DNA from: Nitriliruptorales bacterium
Lineage (GTDB): Bacteria; Actinomycetota; Nitriliruptoria; Euzebyales; Egibacteraceae
NCBI GenBank assembly: GCA_007126835.1
Contig: SLAO01000059.1
Location: 1-33,764, forward strand
Reading direction: 5' to 3'
Length of the DNA: 33,764 nucleotides
In this document: one piece after another, positions 8,459 to 16,814 of the stretch
How positions within the stretch are numbered: position 1 is the first letter of the stretch
How the letters are laid out: the number at the start of each line of letters is the position of its first letter
Position numbers and translations under genes: made by a program
Notes under the pieces: model-generated
The model's database searches: none
The model's input: only the letters and a program-made list of their open reading frames with translations
Told to the model about the DNA's origin: nothing

Positions 8459-9358
8459 TCATCCGTCGTGCCCGTCGTCCTCCTCCCATCCGAGGTACTC
8501 CCAAAGCCGGGGCGGCAGCAGACGATCCACGCGCTCGAGGACGAAGTCCGGTGCTTGCGCTGCAGGCAGCCCGTGCAGCTCGTCTCGCTGGGTGTCGCCG
8601 GTCAGCACCAGCGCGCTGGCAGCACCGGCTTCCCGCGCCAGCCGGATGTCCGTGCTGAGCCGGTCACCGACCATCACCGCGCGGGCGGGGTCAACCGTCA
8701 GCCCCGCCAGAGCGGTGTGCAAGATCGCCGGGTCGGGCTTGCCGACGTTGACCTCGCAGGTGGCGCCGGTGCAGGCTTCGATCGCCGCGACGACGGCGGC
8801 GCAGTCTGGTTCCCCGCGCCCTCCCGGCATCGGGCAGTACCGGTCGGGGTTGGTCGCCACGAGCCGCGCTCGCCTGTGGAACCACAAGGCGTCGAAGGCG
8901 ATCTGGAGCTTGCGGTACTCGAAGCCGCGGTCGTAGCTGGCGACGACGATGTCGATCTCGCTGGGGTCTTCGGACATGCGAATGCCGGCTTGCTCGAACG
9001 CCCGGATCAGCGGACCTTCGGCGATGGGGAACACCACCGCGTCGGGCGCGTTGTCGAGCAACCACCGGGTCATGACCACCACGGTGTTGACGATGTCGTC
9101 AACCGGTGTCGGCAGCCCCAGGGCCTCGAGCTTGTCCGCGTACTGCTGCGGGTCCTTCGTGGGATTGTTGGACAGGAACCGGACCGGGCGGTCCAGATCA
9201 CGCAACGCCGTGATCAGGCGGCCTGCCCCAGGCAGGAGGGCCTCACCGAGGTAGATCGTCCCGTCGAGGTCGAAGACGTAGGCGTCGTAGAGCTCGTCGG
9301 GGACCCGGCCCGCCGCCGGCCCCCGTCGGGGAGCCTGGCTCATCTGCGGGCTCGGCAT
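8459..9358 (-). CDS. HAD-IIA (NagD-like) sugar-phosphate phosphatase
   Basis: 'YVFDLDGTIYLGEALLPGAGRLI...RFLSNNPTK' gives HAD motifs I and II, and 'VGDRLSTDI' gives motif IV. ATG 9358 is preceded by GGAGGAACG. I trimmed the track ORF that starts at 9448. Confidence 0.85.
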   Translation of the reverse strand: MPSPQMSQAPRRGPAAGRVPDELYDAYVFDLDGTIYLGEALLPGAGRLITALRDLDRPVRFLSNNPTKDPQQYADKLEALGLPTPVDDIVNTVVVMTRWLLDNAPDAVVFPIAEGPLIRAFEQAGIRMSEDPSEIDIVVASYDRGFEYRKLQIAFDALWFHRRARLVATNPDRYCPMPGGRGEPDCAAVVAAIEACTGATCEVNVGKPDPAILHTALAGLTVDPARAVMVGDRLSTDIRLAREAGAASALVLTGDTQRDELHGLPAAQAPDFVLERVDRLLPPRLWEYLGWEEDDGHDG

Positions 9359-9780
9359 CGTTCCTCCGTTGGCCGGAGATCGTGCGGGCCGTCGGCCGTC
9401 CAGCTGGCGCCCGGGACGAGGCTCTTCCTGCGCGCGACCAGGCTCCACCGAGGCAACCCTGCTCGCGCCGACGGTCGCGTCCGTGACGGTACGACCTCCG
9501 CCCGGCAGTTGGCAATCGTCGCCATGGTCGCCCCTTACCCTCGAAGCCTGGAGCCTGTGCGCTGGCCGAACGTGCGTCCCAATCGTGCGCCGGCGCCGGT
9601 GCCGGTGTCGGCCCCGGAGAGCGTTGCCGCGGCAGCCGCCCTGCGCCAGGTCCTAAATCCCACGGTGGCCGGTGAGGCTCGGGGCCGCCGGGGGCCCGGG
9701 TTGTGCTCGCTTTCGACGACGGGTGCGCAAGGCCGGGAAGCCAGACCTGCCGTCGGAAGATCGGTCCGACTTCTGTTCAC

Positions 9781-9855
9781 TATCCGGTGGTTAGAACTAT
9801 CGTGTGTGTTACTCTACACATGAAATGTGTCGTTTACAACAGTCAAACGAACACG
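9781..9855. promoter_or_regulatory. AT-rich island with nested inverted repeats (candidate promoter/operator array or small-RNA element)
   Basis: GC content drops sharply here. It contains TGTGT-N6-ACACA (9804-9820), the 15-bp palindrome ACACAT-GAA-ATGTGT (9816-9830), and TCGTTT-N9-AAACGA (9830-9850). On the minus strand TTGTAA-17nt-TAGAGT reads as a possible -35/-10 pair pointing toward the HAD operon. Confidence 0.35.
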
Positions 9856-10016
9856 ATGCCGGGCACGGTGCCTGTGAGTGCGCACCACGGCCTGCCGACG
9901 GTCGACGCGCCACGGCGCGCGGAGACCGGATGACCACCGGCGCCGCCTGCGATGCGGTCCGCGCTAGCTCCCATGAGGTCCGAAGCGCGGTCCGGGGCAA
10001 CGGCTGCGGTCCCGCC

Positions 10017-10835
10017 TCAGGCGTCGGAGGCTGGCGCAACCTCCACCGCGACGCCGAGTTGGCGCAGCTCCTCGAGGTGCTCGGGTGCGATGCCCGAATC
10101 GACGATGACGAGGTCGAACTCCGTCACGGAGGCGAGATGATGGACCGCTCGCTTGCCGAACTTCGCGTGATCGGCCAGCAGGATCTTGCGGGCCGCCGCC
10201 TGCATGAGCGCCAGCTTGACCTCGATCGTCTCCTGGGAGCGGTGGTAGCAGCTTCCGGCGGTGATCGCGGTGGTCGACGCGAACAGCAGGTCGGCGGTCA
10301 TCGAGCCGACCGACTCGGCGGTGCGCAAGCCCAAGAACGCGTCGTACGCAGGGCGGTACGCGCCCCCCAGGGCGATCAGATCGATGCCGGGCTTGCGGCT
10401 GAGCAGCTGAAGGGAGGGCAGGAAGTTGGTGATGACCGTGACCGGTCGCCGGTTCGGCAGCAACTGGGCCAGCCCGTAGCCGGTCGTGCTCTCGTCGAGC
10501 ATGATCGTGTGGCCGCGCTCGACGTGGCCGAGGGCGTGCGCGGCGATCTCCCCCTTGGCGGCCGCCATGGCCTGCATCCGGTGGCGCACGTCGCCGTGGT
10601 AGAAGGCCGACGGCTCGGCAGTCGCGCCACCTCTGACCTTGCGGACCCAGCCCTGCTCCTCGAGCAGCTCGAGATCTCGACGGATGGTCATCCCGCTGAC
10701 CGCGAACGCGTCGGCGAGCTCGCCAACGGACACGAACCCGTGGGTCAGGATGCGCTCGCGGATCGCCTCTTGCCGGTCCTGCGGGCTCAGTTCGGACTCG
10801 GCTTCGGCGGGAATCTCGTCGGGCGTGCCTTCCAT
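10017..10835 (-). CDS. DeoR-family transcriptional regulator (HTH plus sugar-phosphate-binding DeoRC domain)
   Basis: 'RQEAIRERILTHGFVSVGELADAFAVSGMTIRRDLELLEEQGWVRKVRGGA' is the DeoR HTH. The C-terminal 'ADLLFASTTAITAG...KILLADHAKFGKRA' is the DeoRC effector domain. The start is ATG 10835; the track ORF extends to 11234 with no coding signal. Confidence 0.9.
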   Translation of the reverse strand: MEGTPDEIPAEAESELSPQDRQEAIRERILTHGFVSVGELADAFAVSGMTIRRDLELLEEQGWVRKVRGGATAEPSAFYHGDVRHRMQAMAAAKGEIAAHALGHVERGHTIMLDESTTGYGLAQLLPNRRPVTVITNFLPSLQLLSRKPGIDLIALGGAYRPAYDAFLGLRTAESVGSMTADLLFASTTAITAGSCYHRSQETIEVKLALMQAAARKILLADHAKFGKRAVHHLASVTEFDLVIVDSGIAPEHLEELRQLGVAVEVAPASDA

Positions 10836-11116
10836 GCGCGATCTCCGAACGACCGTTGCGGTCGCGGCAACTCCGACCGCGCCAAGGTCACACGGCAATG
10901 TAGCAGGGGCCAGGAAAAGCCCCGGAGCCGGATGCCCAACGCACACAACATCGCCGGTGGGCCTCCCCATTGGTGCGCGCCGATGCCGAGGCGTAGCGTC
11001 GAGGCAGCGGCCTTGGGCGTACGCTGCTGCCAGACGCAGCCACGTTCTGCGTTGCTGGTGCGGCAGCCGGCAACCCAGTCGGATTGACAGCCCACGGCAG
11101 AAGAGGAATTGAGCCG

Positions 11117-13144
11117 ATGCAGACCACTTCGACGGACACGACGACCGAGACGCTCGCGGTGGACACCGTGCGAGTGCTGGCGATGGATGCGATCGAGCGT
11201 GCAGGGGACGGCCACCCGGGCACGGCCATGGCACTGGCGCCAGCCGCCTACGTGCTGTGGTCGCAGTTCCTGCGCTTCGACCCCGCCGACCCCGACTGGC
11301 CAGACCGTGACCGGTTCGTGCTGTCGGTCGGTCACGCGTCGGTGCTCCAGCACATCGTGTTGCACCTGACCGGCTACGACCTCGGCATCGACGATCTCAA
11401 GTCCCAGCGTCAGCTGGGTTCGAGGACCCCCGGGCACCCTGAGCGCGGCCACACCCCCGGGGTCGAGACCACGACAGGCCCGCTCGGCCAGGGCGTCGGC
11501 AACGCGGTGGGTTTTGCGATCGCCGAGCGGCTGCTCGCCGACCGCGCCGGCGGCGACCTGGTCAACCACCGGACATGGGTCTTCGCCGGGGACGGCGACC
11601 TCATGGAGGGCGTGTCGGGCGAGGCGTCCTCCCTGGCCGGTCACCTCGGGCTGGACAAGCTCACCGTCTTGTACGACGACAACCGGATCACCATTGACGG
11701 CGGCACCGACCTTACCTTCAGCGAGGACGTGGGCGCCCGGTACGAGTCCTATGGCTGGCACGTGCAGCACATCGAGGACGCCAACGACCGCGACGCGATC
11801 GCCGCGGCGTACGCTGCGGCGGTGGCCGAGACCGAGCGGCCCTCGCTGATCCGGCTGCGCAGCGTCATCGCCTGGGGCGCGCCCAACAAGTCGGGCACGT
11901 CCTCGGCACACGGCTCGGCGCTGGGCGCCGACGAGGTGGCAGCCACCAAGACCTTCTACGGCTGGGATCCCGAGGCCACGTTCGTGGTGCCTGATGGGGT
12001 GCCCGAGCGCTGGCGCCAGCGGGTGCCCGAGCACCAGGCCGAGCGGCAGGCGTGGGAGTCTCGGGCGCAGGCGCGGGCCGAGCACGACCCAGACCTGGTG
12101 GCCAACTTGCGCTCCACGACCGGCGGCGTCCTGCCTGACGGCTGGGACGACGACCTCGAGGGCCTCTTCGACGACGCTGGCGCCATGGCCACCCGCAAGG
12201 CGTCGAGCAAGGTGATCCAGACCCTGGCGGCTCGCGTGCCCGGGCTCGTGGGTGGATCCGCCGACCTCGCGGGCTCGAACCTGACCACCATCGAGGGTGG
12301 GGGGGACCTGTCGCGCCACGAGGTCGGTCGCAACATCCACTTCGGCGTGCGCGAGCACGCGATGGGCGCGATCGCCAACGGCCTGGCTGCGCACGGCGGC
12401 CTGCATCCGTTCGTGGCGACGTTCCTGGTGTTCTCGGACTACATGCGGCCCTCGGTGCGCCTTGCGGCGTTGATGAGCTTGCCCGTGGTGTACGTGTGGA
12501 CCCACGACTCGGTCGGGCTGGGCGGCGACGGGCCCACCCACCAACCCGTCGAGCACCTGGCCTCGCTGCGGGCGATGCCCAACCTCGAGGTGATCCGCCC
12601 GGCCGACGGACCCGAGACGGTCGAGGCGTGGCGCGCGGCGCTGGCGCGCACCGACGGGCCCACGGCCCTGGCGTTCTCGCGCCAGTCGGTGCCGGTCTTG
12701 GACCGCGACGAGCTCGCCTCGGCGGCTGGTCTTGCCCGTGGCGGCTACGTGTTGCGGGAGGCCGGCGGTGGGGCACCGCAGCTGATCCTGATCGCCTCCG
12801 GCTCGGAGGTCGGCCTCGCGGTCGACGCGGCCGTGCGTCTCGAGGCCGAGGATGGCGTGCCGACGCGTGTTGTCTCCCTGCCCTGTTGGGAGCGGTTCTC
12901 CGACCAGGACGCGGACTACCGCGCCCGCGTGATCCCGGCGGACGTCCCGGCCCGCTTGGCTGTGGAGGCCGCCAGCCCATTTGGGTGGCGCGAGTGGGTC
13001 GGCGAGGCGGGGGAGACGCTGGGGGTGGAGACCTTCGGCGCGTCGGGCCCCGGCGGCGAGGTCCTGGCCGAGCGCGGCTTCACCGTGGACAACGTCGTTT
13101 CCAGGGCGCGCGGCCTGCTGTCCCGTCTTGACTCGAGCAAGTGA
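11117..13144 (+). CDS. tkt: Transketolase
   Basis: '[46 protein letters not shown]' and '[25 protein letters not shown]' are the ThDP-binding motifs. '[28 protein letters not shown]' is also present. An AAGAGGAA RBS precedes ATG 11117. Confidence 0.96.
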   Translation: MQTTSTDTTTETLAVDTVRVLAMDAIERAGDGHPGTAMALAPAAYVLWSQFLRFDPADPDWPDRDRFVLSVGHASVLQHIVLHLTGYDLGIDDLKSQRQLGSRTPGHPERGHTPGVETTTGPLGQGVGNAVGFAIAERLLADRAGGDLVNHRTWVFAGDGDLMEGVSGEASSLAGHLGLDKLTVLYDDNRITIDGGTDLTFSEDVGARYESYGWHVQHIEDANDRDAIAAAYAAAVAETERPSLIRLRSVIAWGAPNKSGTSSAHGSALGADEVAATKTFYGWDPEATFVVPDGVPERWRQRVPEHQAERQAWESRAQARAEHDPDLVANLRSTTGGVLPDGWDDDLEGLFDDAGAMATRKASSKVIQTLAARVPGLVGGSADLAGSNLTTIEGGGDLSRHEVGRNIHFGVREHAMGAIANGLAAHGGLHPFVATFLVFSDYMRPSVRLAALMSLPVVYVWTHDSVGLGGDGPTHQPVEHLASLRAMPNLEVIRPADGPETVEAWRAALARTDGPTALAFSRQSVPVLDRDELASAAGLARGGYVLREAGGGAPQLILIASGSEVGLAVDAAVRLEAEDGVPTRVVSLPCWERFSDQDADYRARVIPADVPARLAVEAASPFGWREWVGEAGETLGVETFGASGPGGEVLAERGFTVDNVVSRARGLLSRLDSSK

Positions 13145-13220
13145 CCGCGAACAGGCATGGTGGACGTCGACGGCCACCGCGCACCGTCGGCCGACAGCCG
13201 CCCCGACCCCAGGAGGCATC

Positions 13221-14348
13221 ATGACCGACCGACTCGCCGAGCTTTCCGCCCAGGGCGTAGCCGTGTGGGTGGATTCGATCGCCCGCGACTGGATCGAGCA
13301 CGGCCACCTGGCACGCTTGCGTGACGAGCGGTCAGTGGTCGGCGTGACGTCGAACCCGACGATCTTCGAGCAGGCGATGCGCCAGGGAGACCGCTACGAC
13401 GCGTCGTTGACCGAGCTAGCCCAGCAAGGCCTTGACGCACGGACCATCTTCGAGCGGCTCGCGCTGGAAGACATCCGCGCAGCAGCGGACGTGCTGCATG
13501 GCGTCTACGACGCGACCGACGGCCACGACGGCTACATCTCCTACGAGGTCGCGCCCGACCTGGCACACGACAGCGATGCCACGGCAGCGGAGGCCACGCG
13601 GCTGTTCGCTGCGCTGGACCGCCCGAACGTGATGATCAAGATCCCGGCGACGCTCGAGGGCCTGCCGGCGATCCGCGAGGCGATCGGGGCGGGCGTCAAC
13701 GTCAATGTCACGCTGATCTTCTCGATCGCGCGCTACCGTGCCGTCGTGGACTCGTACCTCTCGGGGCTCGAGGATCGCTTGGCCGCCGGCGGTGATATCT
13801 CCGGCATCCACAGCGTCGCGTCGTTCTTCGTCAGCCGGGTCGATGGGCTCGTCGACCCGCGGTTGGCCAAGGTCGTCGACGAGGGCGGGCCCGGTGCGGA
13901 CCTCGCCGCGGCCCGGCTCGGGACCGCCGCGATCGACAACGCCAAGCTGGCCTACGAGGCCGGAAGTGAGCTGTTCGCCGGCGACCGCTGGCAGGCGCTG
14001 ACGGCCCGCGGCGCCAATGCTCAGCGTTGCCTGTGGGCCTCCACGTCGACGAAGAACCCCGAGTACCGGGACGTGGTCTACTGCGAGGAGCTCATCGGTC
14101 GCGGGACGGTCAACACCATGCCCCTGGCGACCATCGACGCGTTCGCCGACCACGGCGAGGTTCGCGGGCAGACGGTGGCGGAGAACATCGACCGCGCTCA
14201 CCGCCTGTGGCCCGAGCTCGCTGAGCTCGGCCTCGACGAAGACGCCGTCGGCGAGGAGCTCGAAGAGGACGGCGTCCGCAAGTTCGCCGCCAGCTTCGAG
14301 GCACTGCTCGAGACCATCGAGGATCAGCGCCGCCGCGCGCTCGGTTAG
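13221..14348 (+). CDS. tal: Transaldolase (actinobacterial long type)
   Basis: 'VWVDSIARD', 'GVTSNPTIFEQA', 'YISYEVAPDL', the Schiff-base lysine in 'VMIKIPATLEGLPA', 'NVNVTLIFS' and 'FFVSRVD'. An AGGAGG RBS lies at 13211. Confidence 0.95.
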   Translation: MTDRLAELSAQGVAVWVDSIARDWIEHGHLARLRDERSVVGVTSNPTIFEQAMRQGDRYDASLTELAQQGLDARTIFERLALEDIRAAADVLHGVYDATDGHDGYISYEVAPDLAHDSDATAAEATRLFAALDRPNVMIKIPATLEGLPAIREAIGAGVNVNVTLIFSIARYRAVVDSYLSGLEDRLAAGGDISGIHSVASFFVSRVDGLVDPRLAKVVDEGGPGADLAAARLGTAAIDNAKLAYEAGSELFAGDRWQALTARGANAQRCLWASTSTKNPEYRDVVYCEELIGRGTVNTMPLATIDAFADHGEVRGQTVAENIDRAHRLWPELAELGLDEDAVGEELEEDGVRKFAASFEALLETIEDQRRRALG

Positions 14349-14645
14349 CCTTGGCTTAGCTTCGAGCTAGCCCTCGAACGTCCCTGTGCGCGCCGGCGAC
14401 TGACGCTCCGGTGCCGGCGGCTCGTTGCGCCGTGGGACCCCCGACCTTTCAGGTGGGGACGAAGCGCACTGTGCCGGCTGCGTGTCCCGATCTACGGTAA
14501 CGCCACTACATGATGCCGCTGTCTCGGAGGCACGCCATGCCGGCGTTCGCAAAGCACTGCGTTGCACGTCCCGGTGGCCATGGCAGCGGCGTCGCAGGTC
14601 AGTCGATGTCGCCTCGCATTTCATGAGGCGTAGTCAGGGGCTAGC

Positions 14646-16031
14646 GTGACGCAATCTGGTCTGTCAGAGCAGGGCAACGGCGCTCAAGGCGGTCCCGGCC
14701 AGATGCCCGGCGACGTCGCCGAGCCGTCGGGCGGCTCGATGGTGCTGCCGCCGGTCGAACGGGGTGACGAGGCCTACGTCAGCCGGATCCCTGAGGGGAT
14801 GCTGGTCCGCGCGACCAGCGCAACCGGGGGCGCCTCTGGTGTGGGCGTGACGCCGCGGTTCAAGCAGGTCATCGACGAGTTCTCCGAGGCTGTCAGTGCC
14901 GGGGGCACGCCCGCGGGCTTTCGCATCGAATCGGCTGTCGATGGCGACGGCGCGGTCCGTTTCGACCTGGTGCGCGACATCTCACGCGACCGCAACGGCC
15001 AGCGGCGCCCCACGCCGCTGCTGTTCTCGGTGGACTCGGCCAACCCCTACGAGGTGGCGCCGTGTGCAGGCCTGGTCGCGAACCTCACCTGCAACCCGGG
15101 CATCGTCTACGACTTGTTCCTCAACAACCCCGAGGCCAACGTCGGCAACCGCTTTTCCACGCTCGAGGAGGTGATCGCCGAGCTTGGCCGTGTGCTCGGG
15201 CCGGGCTGCGACATGAGCGTGGAGCTGAACAACCCGTTCGCTGACTTCGGGCAGATCCTCGAGGACATCCACCGCTACGAAGAAATCGTCTCGTCGCACA
15301 GGCTGGTCGTCAAGGTGCCCCACACCGGACCGGTCAACGCCGACAACGTCTCGCAGTTGCTCACCGGCGACAAGCGCCTCGATCGTCGCTACGACCAGGG
15401 CAGCACGCAGGACTACCTGCACGGCCACAACCTTGCGTTGCGGCTGCACGAGCACGGCTACCGGGTCAACTTCACGCTGATGTTCGAGCCCCACCAGGTG
15501 CCGCTGGCGCTGCAGGCCAGGCCGTACTTCATCAACGCGTTCTTGCGGCACCGTCGAGCTGCCACGCGCACGCTGCAAGGGCTCGTCGCGGCATACGAGA
15601 CCACCCACGAGCGCGGGTTCCTCACCCAGCTGCGGGAGTACATGCTCAAGCAGGACTTCCTGTCGGCCCACGACACCGAGGCGGATCTGCTGTCGGTGCT
15701 CGAGAAGGCTCGCACCTACCTCTACAACCGCCGAGCCGACGGGGAGGGCGCCGACGGACTCGATTCCGCACGTCAGGCCCTGCGGTGGCTGCGCACCGCC
15801 CACCTGCCCGACACCCGCCTGATCATCTGCAGCATGGAAGGTCCCACCTGGTACCCAGACGTCACCGCCATGCTCACCGAGCCCGAGTTCGCCGACATGC
15901 ATGACCGGGTGGTCATCACCACCGAGCCCAACTACCTCGCACGGTGGTCCAGCGCCCCCCAAGTCGTCAGCTACCAACGCCGGTTCATGAACGCCGCACA
16001 AGCCGCCAACGAAGCCGCTGAAGCCACCTGA
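14646..16031 (+). CDS. Divergent transaldolase/FSA-fold (class I aldolase) protein with N-terminal extension and internal insertion; function unknown
   Basis: It aligns by eye with the neighbouring Tal and with FSA. 'LLFSVDSANPYEV' corresponds to VWVDS (Asp). 'ANLTCNPGIVYD' corresponds to TSNP (Asn). 'MSVELNNP' corresponds to SYEV (Glu). 'LVVKVPHTG' corresponds to IKIPAT (Schiff-base Lys). 'VNFTLMFE' corresponds to VNVTLIFS. 'NAFLRHRR' corresponds to FFVSRVD. GC3 is high. The start is uncertain (GTG 14646 or an internal ATG). Confidence 0.6.
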   Translation: MTQSGLSEQGNGAQGGPGQMPGDVAEPSGGSMVLPPVERGDEAYVSRIPEGMLVRATSATGGASGVGVTPRFKQVIDEFSEAVSAGGTPAGFRIESAVDGDGAVRFDLVRDISRDRNGQRRPTPLLFSVDSANPYEVAPCAGLVANLTCNPGIVYDLFLNNPEANVGNRFSTLEEVIAELGRVLGPGCDMSVELNNPFADFGQILEDIHRYEEIVSSHRLVVKVPHTGPVNADNVSQLLTGDKRLDRRYDQGSTQDYLHGHNLALRLHEHGYRVNFTLMFEPHQVPLALQARPYFINAFLRHRRAATRTLQGLVAAYETTHERGFLTQLREYMLKQDFLSAHDTEADLLSVLEKARTYLYNRRADGEGADGLDSARQALRWLRTAHLPDTRLIICSMEGPTWYPDVTAMLTEPEFADMHDRVVITTEPNYLARWSSAPQVVSYQRRFMNAAQAANEAAEAT

Positions 16032-16083
16032 GCGACGGGTCGACATTCAGTCGCGCCATCTCGAACCGAGGAAAGGATCCGCA

Positions 16084-16803
16084 ATGGTCGACCTCGCGAC
16101 TGTGACCAGTTGGGAGCTCGGAAAGTGCTTTGACCAGTCGGTGCTGCCGAAGAACACCACCGAGGAGGACATCCGGGAGGGAGCACGCCTCGCGGTGAAG
16201 TACAACTGCGCGGCGTTTTACAGCTCGTCGCCGTATTGGACTTCGGTCGTGCTCGAAGAGCTCGAGGGCACTGACGTTCTGCCAGCCGCCGCGATTGCGT
16301 TCCCCTTCGGCTCGGCGACATCGCTGGTGAAGGTCAAAGAAGCTGAGGAGGCCGCCAGTCTGGGCTGCCGAGCTTTGGACATGGTGATGAACATCGGTGC
16401 ATTGAAGAGCGGACGCAGCGATGACGTGCGCCGCGAGTGCCGGGAGTTCCGAGACGCGGCCGGCGACGCGCTCACGAAAGTGATCCTGGAGACTTGCTTC
16501 CTCACCGACGACGAGATCCGTCGCGGCTCGGAGATCGTGGCCGAGGAAGGCATCGACTACGTCAAGACGTCATCCGGGCAGTTCGAGGGTCCCAGCATGG
16601 AGCACGTCCTGATCATGCTGGACGCTGTCTCCGAGACCCCGACCAAGGTCAAGGTGGCGGGTGTGAAGTTCCCCCGACCCCAGAACGCCTACGCCTTCCT
16701 GCTTGCGGGCGTCGACCTGATCGGCACGCGCGACGCACCGACGATCATCGATGCACTAGACCAGATGCGGCAGATCGGGCTCGTCCCGGCCTACCGCGGC
16801 TGA
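16084..16803 (+). CDS. DeoC/DERA-family class I aldolase, paralog 1
   Basis: 'FDQSVLPKNTTEEDI', 'AFPFGSAT', 'LDMVMNIGALKSG', 'TKVILETCFLTDDEI', 'DYVKTSSGQ' (Schiff-base Lys) and 'KVKVAG' follow the DERA motif order. A GGAAAGGA RBS precedes the start. Confidence 0.8.
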   Translation: MVDLATVTSWELGKCFDQSVLPKNTTEEDIREGARLAVKYNCAAFYSSSPYWTSVVLEELEGTDVLPAAAIAFPFGSATSLVKVKEAEEAASLGCRALDMVMNIGALKSGRSDDVRRECREFRDAAGDALTKVILETCFLTDDEIRRGSEIVAEEGIDYVKTSSGQFEGPSMEHVLIMLDAVSETPTKVKVAGVKFPRPQNAYAFLLAGVDLIGTRDAPTIIDALDQMRQIGLVPAYRG

Positions 16804-16814
16804 GGAGGCAGAGC

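Noticed and set aside
9655-9778. Possible cobalamin riboswitch on the plus strand. GCCGGTGAG (9669-9677), GGGAAG and a B12-box-like CCAGACCTGCC (9741-9751) are followed by a hairpin plus a T-rich tail.
   Set aside because: The conserved GCCACTG core and the usual GGGAAGGC...AGCCAGGAGACCTGCC spacing are missing. No plus-strand gene lies downstream. The resemblance could be chance in GC-rich sequence. It needs cmsearch with RF00174, so I report only the non-coding gap as a finding.
9524-9823. Plus-strand ORF (about 99 aa, MVAPYPRSLEP...) inside the long gap, plus minus-strand ORFs at 9535-9780 and 9340-9525.
   Set aside because: They have low-complexity Pro/Arg/Ala composition and no RBS. Rare codons (AGA, CGA, TTA, CTA) accumulate toward the end. 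No family resemblance is visible.
11084-11112. TTGACA at 11084 as the tkt promoter -35 element.
   Set aside because: The hexamer 17 nt downstream is AATTGA, a poor -10 element. It also overlaps the RBS and lies only a few nt from the ATG, so the geometry is implausible.
10836-11234. N-terminal extensions of track ORFs. Affected ORFs: DeoR to 11234, patatin to 20715, CBS-BON to 26565, the 172-aa protein to 29709, ABC ATPase to 31734, fabD from 31568, fabG from 32167, tal from 12981, ctaA from 19796, nitroreductase from 1849, HAD to 9448 and the second DERA from 16437.
   Set aside because: The extensions overlap neighbouring genes or promoters. They lack homology-like sequence and have no RBS. 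Internal starts with good RBSs coincide with the beginning of the recognisable domains.
13159-13178. Near-palindrome GGTGGACGTCGACGGCCACC between tkt and tal, plus several 8-11-bp GC palindromes in other spacers (for example CCGGCGCCGG at 9590, TGCCGCGGCA at 9625, GTGCGCAC at 9877).
   Set aside because: They are short or imperfect and built of GC-rich self-complementary tetramers that arise frequently by chance at this base composition. No positional logic stands out beyond a possible weak hairpin.
10787-13222. 811-aa minus-strand ORF covering the whole tkt gene. Similar giants include 23096-25279 (+, 727 aa, antisense to ppdK), 4282-6438 (+, 718 aa), 6806-7951 (-), 9804-11087 (+), 14982-16046 (-), 17830-18723 (-), 18935-20071 (-) and 20120-21085 (-).
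   Set aside because: They are Arg/Gly/Pro/Ala-rich with no recognisable motifs. Each lies antisense to, or out of frame with, a gene that has unmistakable family signatures. Stop-codon-poor antisense frames are expected in DNA this GC-rich.
14367-14624. 85-aa minus-strand ORF and a 38-aa plus-strand ORF (14510-14626) in the gap between tal and the transaldolase-like gene.
   Set aside because: No RBS is present. Composition is typical of non-coding GC-rich frames and no motif is visible. I treat the region as a regulatory spacer.
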